In this document: piece by piece, positions 34,847 through 47,430 of the stretch
Layout: each line of letters begins with the position of its first letter
Position numbering within the stretch: position 1 is the stretch's first letter
Source: Neoconidiobolus thromboides FSU 785
Lineage: Eukaryota; Fungi; Entomophthoromycota
DNA: 64,000 bases
NCBI GenBank assembly: GCA_025603075.1
Contig: MU626317.1
Span: 46,250 to 110,249, forward strand
Reading direction: 5' to 3'
Position numbers and translations under genes: made by a program
Notes under the pieces: model-generated
The model's database searches: none
What the model was told of the DNA's origin: nothing
The model's input: only the letters and a program-made list of their open reading frames with translations

Positions 34847-34945
34847 TGGGGATGTTTTTTTTGATTTCATTATTTTTCCATTTTTTAAGCGCTATTTGAG
34901 TAGAAAGGTTGTTAGTAAAATTCTTAAACACAAAAAAACATCCCC
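34847..34945 (+). mobile_element. MITE copy 12
   Basis: GGGGATG...CATCCCC; the TSD is ambiguous (ATT or ATTG). Confidence 0.8.
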
Positions 34946-35835
34946 ATTGTAGTTAAGATAGTTTAAAAGATAATAGAATTTTAACGTACTTTATTTAACA
35001 ATATTCCTTTTTAAAGTAATCGGGTTTTTTAACTGTTTTTGTTGAATAATAGTATTGGTTTTCATTAAAATAAAGGTAGTATTGTTGAAGATAGATGTAG
35101 CATAGTGATTCCTATGCTACATCCTTCTGATTAAGGTATAAATGGGTTTTTTGTAATGCATGTGAGAGAACTATAGGTAATGTTATATCTTATTCTTAAT
35201 TTAGATAAAAATCAGATGAATTGTCAAGTAATAGTTTTCATAACTTAAAATGACACAATCAATAAGAACTACAGTCCCAGTCCTAGTTTAGGTAAAAGGT
35301 TCTATTGAAGTAGACACAATAGCTTTTTAGTATTCCAGGAAAAATAACCTGGAATCATTAGATTAAACTAATTTAGTTATTTATTATGATTAATATGAAG
35401 ACGATTATTTATATTTGACGACCTGATATATAATCAATAGAATCTTGTAAGTTTTCAAAATGTATAACTAAAATATATATGTATTTTTAATGAATTAAAA
35501 AAGATGAAAATTAGGCTGATATTATAAGGTATAAAATTAGACTGCATCTTATTTATATTAGATATTAGTAAATAACTATTTGTTAGAATAAAAATAGGCC
35601 TAATAATACAATAAATTATACATATAGTAGAACAATTTAGTCTAGAATTTGGTGAAATTTCAATCTATAAATAAACAAAAAAACATCATTAACTTTTAGT
35701 AGCTCGAAAACGGGCATTTTGCTGTTATTTATTATTATTAGAATAAACATCAACTATACTATTAATCATTCTTCTTAATCTATTCTTCAATCCAATAACT
35801 AATTATTAACTAGATTGAAATAAATGATATTATCA

Positions 35836-36741
35836 TTATCTCCTCCTTCTGAATATTCTTTTAAACAACTCTTTAAGTTGATTATTAATAATTGAATGCG
35901 TAGATATAACTAATAGTGAATTAAACAAAAACCCAAATGCAATAAAGATGACACCAGCAGTACCAAAGATATAATTTAACTTTAAATCTTTTTTTTCATA
36001 AAAAAAACAAGCATCGAGTAATACAAAACAAGCCCCTAAAAATACTGAAATAGAATAAGAGATTAATATACCATGAATTTTCAATTGAACTAGTTTTTGA
36101 CTCCAAGGTCGTTGAATTTTATCTTTTGGTAAGCTAAAGTCTGAGCTGTTTTCCATCTCTATAAATTGAGTTAGTTGACTTGTATAAAGAGCTAATTTGA
36201 TATAACAGGTAGTGATTATAATTAAGCTCACTAACGTTGAAATAATAAAATGATAAAAAGTAATTGCAGATAATATCGATTGATTAGGATAAATCATACA
36301 AATAACTTTTGCTGGTTGAATGATAAAATGATGTTGATAGGCCAATATTATAGTTAAAGTTAAGTGAATTAATATTGATAGTATTCCAACTAGAAAATAA
36401 TACTTTCGATAATCTAATTTACATACTTTAGCCAATCTTTCTAAAGCTAAAAAAGTGGATACAATCAGTTGAGATAAAGCTAATAACATAGTAAAAAACC
36501 CTAAATATTGGCAGATTGCTGGGTCATTGAAAGCATCATCATCTTTTATTATGCTTAAAATAGGATCAGAGATAGCCACTAAAGGTAACATCAGTTCTAT
36601 ACTTGCTATTGATAATATCAATTTTATATCAGTTGAGTAATTCTTGACTTTCACAGATAAGTAAATAAGTAATATGTTAACAATAGCTGAGATTAATCCA
36701 ATAATATTGGCCACATAGCCAAATGGGTTTTCGTTGATCAT
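35836..36741 (-). CDS. Intronless class-A-like 7TM receptor (301 aa), paralog 2
   Basis: MINENPFG start, CQYLGF, LALERL, seven hydrophobic segments. Confidence 0.75.
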   Translation of the reverse strand: MINENPFGYVANIIGLISAIVNILLIYLSVKVKNYSTDIKLILSIASIELMLPLVAISDPILSIIKDDDAFNDPAICQYLGFFTMLLALSQLIVSTFLALERLAKVCKLDYRKYYFLVGILSILIHLTLTIILAYQHHFIIQPAKVICMIYPNQSILSAITFYHFIISTLVSLIIITTCYIKLALYTSQLTQFIEMENSSDFSLPKDKIQRPWSQKLVQLKIHGILISYSISVFLGACFVLLDACFFYEKKDLKLNYIFGTAGVIFIAFGFLFNSLLVISTHSIINNQLKELFKRIFRRRR

Positions 36742-36780
36742 TAAGTAGTTAGGTTAAAAATGAAAATGCAAGTTGTAAGA

Positions 36781-36816
36781 AATAAAAAATAAAAAATAAA
36801 AAATAAAAAATAAAAT
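36781..36816. repeat. (AAAAAAT)n short tandem repeat upstream of 7TM paralog 2
   Basis: aataaaaaataaaaaataaaaaataaaaaataaaat. Confidence 0.7.
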
Positions 36817-37248
36817 AGTTTACTTTATATCATTAATAGTAACATTTACTAAATAACTTAATTGAAATTCAATTAAATCTTTTCCATATTTAGTAAATAC
36901 ATTTTGATTTTATTTTTTGATTTTAGAAGCTTATTTATTAATTTATTTATTAGTTTACAATTTAAATTTTGCATTTTTTTCTGAAATTATCTTACTGACT
37001 TAAATGATATGAATATTAAATAAATAATTTAATTAATTTATTAGTTAATTTGATTAGAAAATACTTTTCTTTCTAAAAGTAACATTTCGATTTGTAATTT
37101 GCCATTTTGAAACTTAACACATATTTAATAAAATATCAATCATTAAACAAATTAATAGAAAATTCTATTAAAAAAAGTTAATTATAACTTAGCATCGATA
37201 GTATTTTATTCTATAGATTATAAATAATTAGTCAAATTATGCATTACT

Positions 37249-40200
37249 TCACACCACAAAACAATTTAATTTCATAGACTCTGTAACTTCTACTACATTT
37301 TCACCTTTCTTCTTTTTTAATTTCTTCATACTTTTGACTACTTTCATTAATGTATTATCATTATAAATCAGTTCTTTGTTACCATTGATTTCATGTTTAA
37401 AAGTAATTTTGTATTCTAAACCCAGTTTATGTGTACTAATATGATAATCTAAACAATCTATTAATTGCTAAATTGTAGCTAGATATTGAAATAAAATTAA
37501 AAAACTACGATATTTAATTTCAATTCGGAAACAAAACTCCTCATTTTTATCAAGTGATAGCATTGTTGTATATCATTCAAGTTCATATTTTTGAGGATTA
37601 GTAGGAGGGACGTGTGGGATTTGATTAATACTAGATTGTTTTCCTAAACCTAAGAATGATATATATCCAATTGGTCTTGGTACTGCATTTCCCATAGAAA
37701 TTAGAATTTAACTTAATTTATAATTGCCTATCAATTTATGTTAATCAGGTAAGTTACTACAAAATTGATCTGAATCTAAAAACCCTATATAAAATATTAT
37801 TGATATTACAATTATTAATCATGTATCAAGAATTCTATTAGTTGCCTTACATGCGTCCACATTCTGTAACAGTTAATGATCGAGGTTCTACATAATGAAC
37901 AGATACAAACTATAAAAATATCCATAAATTTAAGTTTCAAAAAATAAGTATCAAAATCACCGTATTTGTAATTGTCAATACTATATTAATTGTGACTACT
38001 TGACAACCAGGATCAACTCTTCAATATGTTTTTGGTGTATTTTTTACTAAATGATCATTATGAAATTGAAAGGGTATATTTTTATAATAAACTTACATGA
38101 TTTTTAGTAATATTGACTTTTGAAAATATAAATTCTAAATGAGCTAACTCTGGATCTAATGGCGAAAAATCTATATGATTTTGACGTGTAGAATTAATTG
38201 ACATATAACGATGTGCAGTTATTCCACTTGACTAAAACAAAAATGAGATATTAAAATGAATTTTTAATTTAGTATTTTCTGTTATTTAGATATCCTCTTA
38301 CTTTAACTCGACCATTTAAAATAGTTGGTAAATCACTAATTATCTGCCTTACTGTAAGGGGTGATAATGGTACTTTTTGTAGATTTCGATGAATTTCATT
38401 TCTTGGTATTGGTATAGTAAACGAACTTTGTTTTAATTCTAAATGAGAAGTAGTTGGTAGAGAAAATAACGCCTGATCATAAGCTAATAGAATTGAATAT
38501 CAATAAATAAATAGATAAAGTTTTAAATTAAAAATTTCAAGTTATCAACATACCAAATAAATAATCTATTTCTATTTTGATAAGTACCATGATTAGAAGC
38601 AGATATCACTTTAAATTTCACTTAATAAATAATGGAAAGAAAAAAACAATTGAGACATTGAGTGGACTTTTTCTCTTTGTTTTGTAGCTGAATCCAATCG
38701 AAAGCATATAAAATTATTACTTATTAATTAGCTATTTATTTAATACTAATTCAATCAAAATCTTGATTTTATCCAATTTGCTCCAACAGTACAAATTTGA
38801 GTTGATAATGATCTACAAAAGAAGTCAATGATATGATCATGAATGATTTTAGTAAAAAAGTATGAGATTCTTTATGTCGATTTAATAAAGAATAACTTTG
38901 GCAAGGAGTACTAATATCAATAAAATCTATATCTCCCTTTTAAAAAAAACTAAAAATCAAAAAAAGCAATCTTGATAAATAATAAATAAAAAAGCTTACT
39001 TTTTCGGATAAAAATTATTTTTATAGTTATCTTTTTAAAGGAGATACTAATATATTCAGTGAAAAAGGTCACTTTTTTGTTTCTATAATTTAATTTATAA
39101 GCTTCCGTGGCATTCTTTCAAGATCAACTATCCTAAATAAATATAAATATTAATTATTTTTACTCTTAGATTTACTATTAAATTTACCATTTGATTTCTG
39201 TTAAACCAGAATCTGAGATCCTCATCTCTAAGAAACCATAACCAGAAAATAAATCAAAAACTTTTAATTTTTGATGATTTGCTTTATTTTTTATCACTTC
39301 TTTTTTATATGAAAATAAGATTCGATAAAATTTGGAATTATTTCAATATTATAATTCAGAATTTTCGTAATCCATTATAAATCTAAAAAAGAAATAATAA
39401 AATATTAATTTAATAGCATCTTTATAAATTATTTCAAGCCCACTTGATCCTCTGCTTCTCTATATTGTAAATGATTAGGTAATTCCTCTCATTTTCTTTT
39501 TACTGGTATAAATTGAACATGATAAATACCTACAATTTGTTCAATAGTAACTTCAATTTCTTTATCAGCTAATATCAGTTCATTAACTTGAAAGTCAACG
39601 ATATATAGCTCAGCTTCATTTTCTGATTCAAACATATCACTCACTTCTTTAGCTCTTAAAAGTATCCGAAATTTCCATAACTGTTGCCTTTATTAATATT
39701 AATAAATCTATTTTTAATGTGCTTTCATTATTTTTTGTATTAATTTCTTGATTTTTGTTATTATAATCTAACAAAAAGGTATATCCTAATTGATTGGAAT
39801 TATTTAATATTGTTCTTTTTACTATTCTGTTTTTATTACATTCACAAATAAATTTATATATTTCATTCATTAATTCATAATCCGATAATTTAATAAAGGA
39901 CATATCTATTCGATCATAAAAATAACGACAAAAATAATTGTCTTTAGTTTCTAATTTTACATAAAAGACATTATTATTATTATTTAGTATATATTTACCT
40001 TTATAATAATTTTTTCCTAAATTAACATTTACTTTATATTTAGTACCATCAATAGGATAATCAATATTATTACATTCACAATAAAAAGTGTAAAATAACT
40101 AAAATAAAGATTAATTAATTATTGATTAATATTACTCTATTAAAATAGTTTATGCAAAAATTTACTTTAAAAAGTGAGTATTCTGACAAATCTATAATAA

Positions 40201-42215
40201 ATGTTTGATGGATTTTGTATATCCAAATTAATTGAAATTGAATGTTTCCCATTTTTGTCTTCATTAAATTTAGTAATTCTTACAGTCTATTAAGAATTTC
40301 CATCATTCCAACTAGTATTACTATCTTGTTCAATTTCAACAAAGTCGTCTATTTTTATTGTTTTGTTTTGACTTGATGTTGTTATGATTTTATTATTAAC
40401 TCTCTTAATAACTTGAACATTTTCATAATCAAATCCTATTAATAATAGATTCTCTTCAATTTCAATTTCTGGTTTAATAGAATTTAATCAAATAAGGCAA
40501 TTATTTTTAGTTAAATTGTATACCATTTATTTTCGATCTTCAAAAATAATATTCTAGAATCACATTAAATATCAAAATAATTATTTATTATTACTCTTAC
40601 TTTGATTTTCATGCTATCTTGATCTTTGATTAACTTTAACATAGTATCTTCTTCGATTTCATATGTTTCTTCTTTGATATCCTAATCAACAATATTAAGC
40701 TATTAAACAGAATTTTAATTAAAAGATTTACCATTTTTGCTTTGAAACTCCCAATTAAACTATACAATTCTTGTTTATTATGAATTATGTATTCATCTTC
40801 AACTTTAGATATAATAACATGAAACTAAATAATTTTTAACTTTATTGTTTTCGTAATTGGATGCTCTACTACTTTATTTCTGTTATCTATAAAAATTAAA
40901 TTAAAATAAACCAACTATAATTCATAGTATAATAGATGACTAGATATTTACCAACCTTGATATCTGCTTCTATTTTTACATCTGTTGTTTCGCTTTTATG
41001 CTAAATCATCTAATTAACTAATTCTATTAATATGATATCTTATTAACATACCATTGTAGTTAAAGAAGAGAGTAAATATAGCTTAAATCTTTTATTTGTA
41101 AAAGCCCAAGAACCTTCAGAATCTGAGAACTCTCTTATACTTTCTTTATAATCCATCTTTTTAACTCCAGCTTTTTTTATTAGTGATTTTACTATATGCT
41201 AATTTAAATGAGTTTTTATTTAAGACTCTATTCTTTAAATTATATTAATAAATCTTACTTTCATCCCAATTAGAGTGGGAATTAATACTAATATCATCGG
41301 TATTAGCTATAATATTTATAGCATTTGTAGTAACTGAGTTTATAACTCCATTTGATTGAACTAGTTCTGAACTTAGTTCAACTTCAATTATTAAATTTTT
41401 ATCTTCTACGCTTTCAGTAATACTTTTCATAAAAGATTTAATAACTTTAGTTTCATTTTCTTGACTTTCTTCAGTATTAAGATCCATTCCAGTTAATAAT
41501 TTTCTATTGACTTTATAATATTATTTGAAACAGAATAGTTAATTCGATTGGATAAAGTTTCTTGTGAACTCGAATCCACTTTTAGTAACAAACTTCTATT
41601 AGCTACAATATTTATTCCATTACTGTTAAAACAACTGAACATTTCATTTATAGCTAATTGAACCTCTCTATTTAAAAATAAAGCTTCCGTTCTATTATTG
41701 TTAACTTGAATCGGACCTAAACTTTGTTCCATTTGACTAATCCAGTCCAAATTTGCCTAAATGTTCATCACACTTTTATTCACTGAATGAAAATTCGACT
41801 TCGTTTCCATCTTATTTTAATTCATATCATTTAATAAGTTTCGATTATCTAGCCCATTTATACTGTTAATTAATCGAATTTGAACCCTTTATTACAATAA
41901 ACTATTTCCTAAATTAAATGCCATCCCTCCCATTAAATTTTGATGATTTAAGCCATGGATATCATTGTCGGTTATTGAATTCAAATTAACAGTTTTATGA
42001 GATGGGGTTCTATATAGTCTAGTATCTGCATTATATTGCAAACTTGTACTGGATATTCCATTGCTATGATTATTTGTGATCTCATTTGAACTTCCATTAT
42101 CATCACTATGAAGTTCCTCTGAACTTGAATCCAGCTCATTCATTAAAGATCTTGATAAATCAATAAATTCTTTGTTCTTGTCTTCTGGGTCTATATTGGA
42201 TAAGTTATAACTCAT
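37249..42215 (-). CDS. Large multi-exon uncharacterised gene (possibly more than one gene)
   Basis: Chain of short open exons with GT/AG boundaries, running from an acidic Ser-rich N-terminus (MSYNLSNIDPED) to a last exon QLIDCLDYH...KLNCFVV* (stop 37249-37251). The exon structure is not fully resolved and no family was recognised. Confidence 0.45.
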
Positions 42216-42940
42216 TATTGAAAATTAAAAAAGAGTCCAAAAATTGAATCGAACTTTTTATATATTCCTTAAATTTTTTGCAGTTTTTGAGGAAAAATAA
42301 AAAATCTTCACAGAGCCTTAGACAATCAGATACCAGATGATAATAATGGCTCAATTTTGAGATAGTGAGAGTTGATTGTAAGATTGGAGAGATAATATAT
42401 TCTTGATTTGATTTGAAAGTTTATTTCAAAAAGTTTATTTTGCATTTTTCAAATTCTATTTAGCCACAACTAAGTTTTAATTGATTCAACTTTTATCAGA
42501 TTTATAGTAATGAATAAAATTTTAATCCCTAAGATTCTTAATAAGAAAATAGTACTAAATTACAAAGCTAATAAAACGTAATAGATTATTAAAATCAATG
42601 ACTGTTTTTATTATCCTTTGATTAAAGAAAGTGGACATTTACTTTACGATGCTTACTATAATCATTACTCTCTCATCGGATCTGGATTGATTGTTTGATT
42701 ATGTTCACTTTGAGATTCAGAAAAAAAATGCGTTTTAAAATTCTATTAACTGATTTCATCCTCTTTTTTTGGGCAATATTTCTCTCACTTTCATCCAAAG
42801 TAGAACTTTTTGCAATCTCTTATCCATTCGTTTATAGTAAATTACATCAATTTGATTATGCAGTAATGAGTAAGAAATTAACATTGATTTAAAAAATTAT
42901 TAAGAAATTAAGTGAATAAAAGAGTTGTATAGTTTCTATA

Positions 42941-45190
42941 ATGGATGACTTTAACTGGGAAGTTAGTGATGATGAATGGGAAGAGATGAGTAAGTAAATT
43001 CATTTTATAAAGCAAAAGATAAGGGTATTAATATTAATTGTAGTGGAGTCTCAAGTAACAAAAAAAATAAAAGTAGATAACTTGGAAGTAGTAAGTTTTT
43101 ATATTAAATGTAAATAAATGTTATATTTAACTATAAAAGACAGAAAATAATGCAAAAAAAGAAGAACCGAAAGCTCAAAGTAAGCTTCAAATTGAATTTA
43201 TTGGAAAGGTTTTGAGTTACTTTTGTAATTAGATAATGAAATTTTGAAGGAAGAAGAAGATAATGAAGAAGAAGAAGAAGAAGTCTGGGAAGAGATTGAA
43301 GATTTACCAAATCCAAATAAAATTTTAGATAATAAGGAACTTATAAATAACTTAGAAAATAAAATTCAACAAGGTAATTTAAAATTAGATAAATTTTAAT
43401 TTGATTTTAATTAAGAAAATAGAATCCAATCAACCATTAACAATAACGATAAACCTGCCACAAATCTATACCAAAAATATCAAAAAAAGAGCAAATTATC
43501 AACTCAATAAACAACAAAAAGAGAAATTGATATTAATTCACCGAGCTTATTTGACTACATATATTAATTTTGGATTATACTTAAATTCATTTCATTATGA
43601 TAATTATTTAAAAGCAATTCTTTTGTCTCATTTGGACCCTAATTTGTTAATTAAATTTCCTATCACGAATAAAGACACATTGGAATATACATTGAGTTGT
43701 ATTAAATTAATTGGTAATTGGTGGGATTACAAATTTAAGATTATTAATGGATGTAGTTTATGTGACCAGAAAGAGGTAAATTTAAATATAATTGAACATA
43801 ATAATATAATATAATATATACTGATATATATTAATATAGAAGAGTAATATCAAATCAGATTTATATCAAAGTTCAATGACATTAAAAGGGTGTGAATGTA
43901 ATAAAAATATATTATTAATAATAATATTTAAATTGATTGGGTTCCAAACAAGAATCATAACAGAAATGATGATACCGATAATTTATTTTCCATTTGCAAC
44001 AGAAGATGAAAATACAATTGATAAACAAATTGAATTAATAAAATTCAATAAATATCAACTTTGGGGAGAATTGTTATTACCTTTTAATCAAAATTGGATT
44101 CCATTTAAAGATTTTGAATATTTTAATATTAAAGGGGAAAATGAGAACTATACAAATTATAATAAATTGAAAAATCATAAAAAATATTATTTAAATTATA
44201 CAATTGGATTTTCAGGTAATTAATAATATTATATAATAATATAATAGCATAACATTTATATATTAACTTTTAATTAGATACTACAATTGATTTGACTAAT
44301 AAATATGTGAATGATTTTTTATCCAAACATATTAAATTAAGACAACGGTTTTTATCTACTGATAATCATCGTAATTGGTTAAAAGATTATTTAAGTACTT
44401 TAATCAGTAGTGGGTTTGAGGAAGTAATTTTAATATTAATTAATTAAGTAGTATTAAAATAGAGTATTAATACTAATAATATTATAAATAGGAATGGGAA
44501 ACATTAAGTAAAAAACAAGAAGTTAAAAATCTAATTAATGAAAAGATGCCTACAAATTTGAAAGGGTTTAAAAATCATCCATTAGTTGTATTACAACGAT
44601 ATATACCTAAAAATCAAATCATTAAACCTAATAGTAAACATATAGGCTTGTTCAAAGGAGAAAAAATTTATAATAAGAAAGATTTAAGTCTAGTTAAAAA
44701 TCAAATGGGATGGAAATTATTAGGTAAAGAAATTATAGAAAAATACAAAAAAGAAAATGATAATGGAAACATATTGTATCCAGAATATCAAACAAAATTA
44801 ATTCAATTAGAAGATATAAAAGATCAAGATATTTGTATTTTAAAAAATTCATTTGGTAATTTTGAATTATTTCAACCTAATATGCTACCTAAAGATATGA
44901 GTTATTTGAATCAAAAATATATTGATAAAGTAGCACAACAAAACAACATTCAATATTTAAGAGCAGTAACTGAATTTAAATTTACAAATAATAAAATGAA
45001 TCCAGTAATTAATGGTATTGTTATAAAAAATAAGGATTTAGAATTATTATTATCAAAATATCAATTGTATATGAATAAAGTAAAACAAATGGAATTTAAA
45101 TTAAGATTTAACAAGGGAGTTAATAATTGGAAGAAGATATTTAAGTTTTTGAATTTGAAATATAGGCTATTGAATGAATATACGAAATAA
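42941..45190 (+). CDS. Rad4/XPC-like nucleotide-excision-repair protein (divergent), multi-exon
   Basis: The last exon has Rad4 BHD1-3-like motifs MPTNLKGFKNHPLVVLQRY, KNSFGNFELF, AVTEFKF...PVINGIVI, NWKKIFKFL. Acidic N-terminus MDDFNWEVSDDEWEE from ATG 42941; internal exons approximate. Confidence 0.72.
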
Positions 45191-45250
45191 ATTATTGCTA
45201 TTATTAAATTATTATTATATATTATCTTCCTTTTTACTTTTTCATTTTAT

Positions 45251-47052
45251 TTAAAGTTTAGTTATAGTAGGAGAAGATAAAGGTTCATAAACGTTACTAG
45301 ACCAATAGGAAGAAGTAGAATTGGTGTGATTTGTGATTGAATTAGGAATCAAGTGATTCTTAGTAATATCTTTTAAAGTAGGAGTACCCATTAATCTCAT
45401 AGTCATTTCTAATTCTTCTCTTAAAATATCAATTGCTTTTTCAATACCTTCTTGGCCATAAGTAGACATAGCATATAAGAATGGTCGACCAATACCTACT
45501 GCAGTGGCACCTAAATTGAGTGAATTAGTTGAATTTGTTAAATTATTTTAAACTTCAATCTTATTATTAATATCTTACCTAATGCTAAAGCTTTAAAAAT
45601 ATCAGAACCACGACGAATACCCCCATCAATATAGACTTCCATTCTTTTTTGAGTTGGATTTTGTTGATAATATTGATCCAACATCTCCATTACCTCCGGT
45701 AAAATTTCAATGCCTGATCGTGCCGTATCAATTTGTCTACCTCCATGATTTGAAAGTACAACACCTTGTACACCATGTTGAGCTGCTAACACTGCATCTT
45801 CGCCTGCCTGAATACCTTTTAATACAATTGGCATATTAGTCACCTTTTTAAACCATTTCAAATCCTCCCAACATAAAGAAGGATCAATAAAAGAAGAAAT
45901 AGCTCGTGCCGCACCTTGATTTCGATTTTGTTTTTCTTTTTCATGTTGATAAGCATTTTGAATAGCACTCTGTTGTTCAAATTTCATTCTCATATCTTTC
46001 TCTCTTTTACCTAATTGAGGCGCATCTACCGTGATAAATAAGCCTTTACATCCTGCGGCTTCAGCGTTTTTTATTACTCTTTCTGTAATACTACGTTGAC
46101 TATTGACATATAACTGTAAAAATTGAACTTGTTCTTTTTGTTTAGCTGTTACTATATCATCCAATGAACAAGAAGAAAGAGTAGGTATCATCTGAATAAT
46201 ACCCTTTGAATAAGCTGCTTTAGTAAGATTGACTTCTCCTTTAGGGTGGCCCAATTTACCAAGCGCAGTAGCTGTAATATAAATAGGTAATTGACTTGGA
46301 TTACTCAATATTTTTGTATTAGTAGTTACTTTTTTAACATTAATCATCACTCTCGGTTTTAAATAAATACGTTGAAAAGCAGTAATGTTTTCTCGTAAAG
46401 TGAGTTCATCATCTGCTCCACTAGAATAGTATGCCCATGCTTCTCGTTTCATTAAATGTTTAGCAACTACTTCGAAATCATAAAGGTTTAGCATCGTACT
46501 AATGTTAGGTCGTTTCTTAACAACAACAGTATCATAATGATGAGGTTCTTCATATTTGTTACTGGGATGAGTGGTTGAAGCGTTATTCGAACCATAAGTA
46601 CCTATACATTGGTTGATATTAATATGGAATGATAAAATATAAAATTTGCTAAATTTTTCAACTTACCCATCTCTACTTCAGGCGGTAATAATCTTTGAAT
46701 AATATCTATTAAATAATATTAATATCAATTACTCTTTTCTTTTCTTTCTTTTTAAAAAAAACAAATCAATTGAAATAAAAATAATTACCTTTTGGATGTA
46801 TTGGATCAAAAGCTTTAGTGGCATCTTTACCAGCATATTTTAAAATTATATTCTTTCCACCTGGATGTTCACCAAGAAACTGAGTTAAGTCGTAGACTTT
46901 ATCATATATTATACACCAGCAATCAGTGGCACTATTGTGTTTGGAGCTAATTGATTTAGTTAATTGATTTGAATGAAGATAATGTTGAATTTTTTTAGTA
47001 AGGGAATGAAGATTACTTACATTTCCTCTAAAGATAGTTGCTTTAAGGTCAT
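45251..47052 (-). CDS. CYB2: Flavocytochrome b2-like L-lactate dehydrogenase (cytochrome b5 + FMN alpha-hydroxy-acid dehydrogenase), multi-exon
   Basis: Spliced start MTLKQLSLEEISKHNSATDCW...FLGEHPGG (b5 heme domain); AWAYYSSGADDE, VLSNHGGRQID, DGGIRRGSDIFKALALG. Confidence 0.88.
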
Positions 47053-47430
47053 AATAGTTAAACAATTGTTAAACTTTTATAATAAAAGATGAAAAAGTGA
47101 AAAATATTTCAATTTTTTCTAAAAGTGTCTTTATTTATCTATCATGATGTAACAGGTGACTTAGATTGATGATCAATTTAAGCTATTGATAAAAAACTCA
47201 TCAAAAATAAAATCACCTATTCTTAAGTGCATTTATCTATCTTTTAGCTTTTACTTTAAAATAGTTTGTTTATAGTAAATTTACTACTATAGGATAAGCT
47301 TGAATAATAATTATGCTATAAGGGTTATTCATTAAGATAAAAAATAAAACGATTTAAATAAAAAAATAAAGAGTGAAATATTAAATATACACTATAAGTA
47401 TTCAATAGTGAAGTAATAAAATTTTATTAA

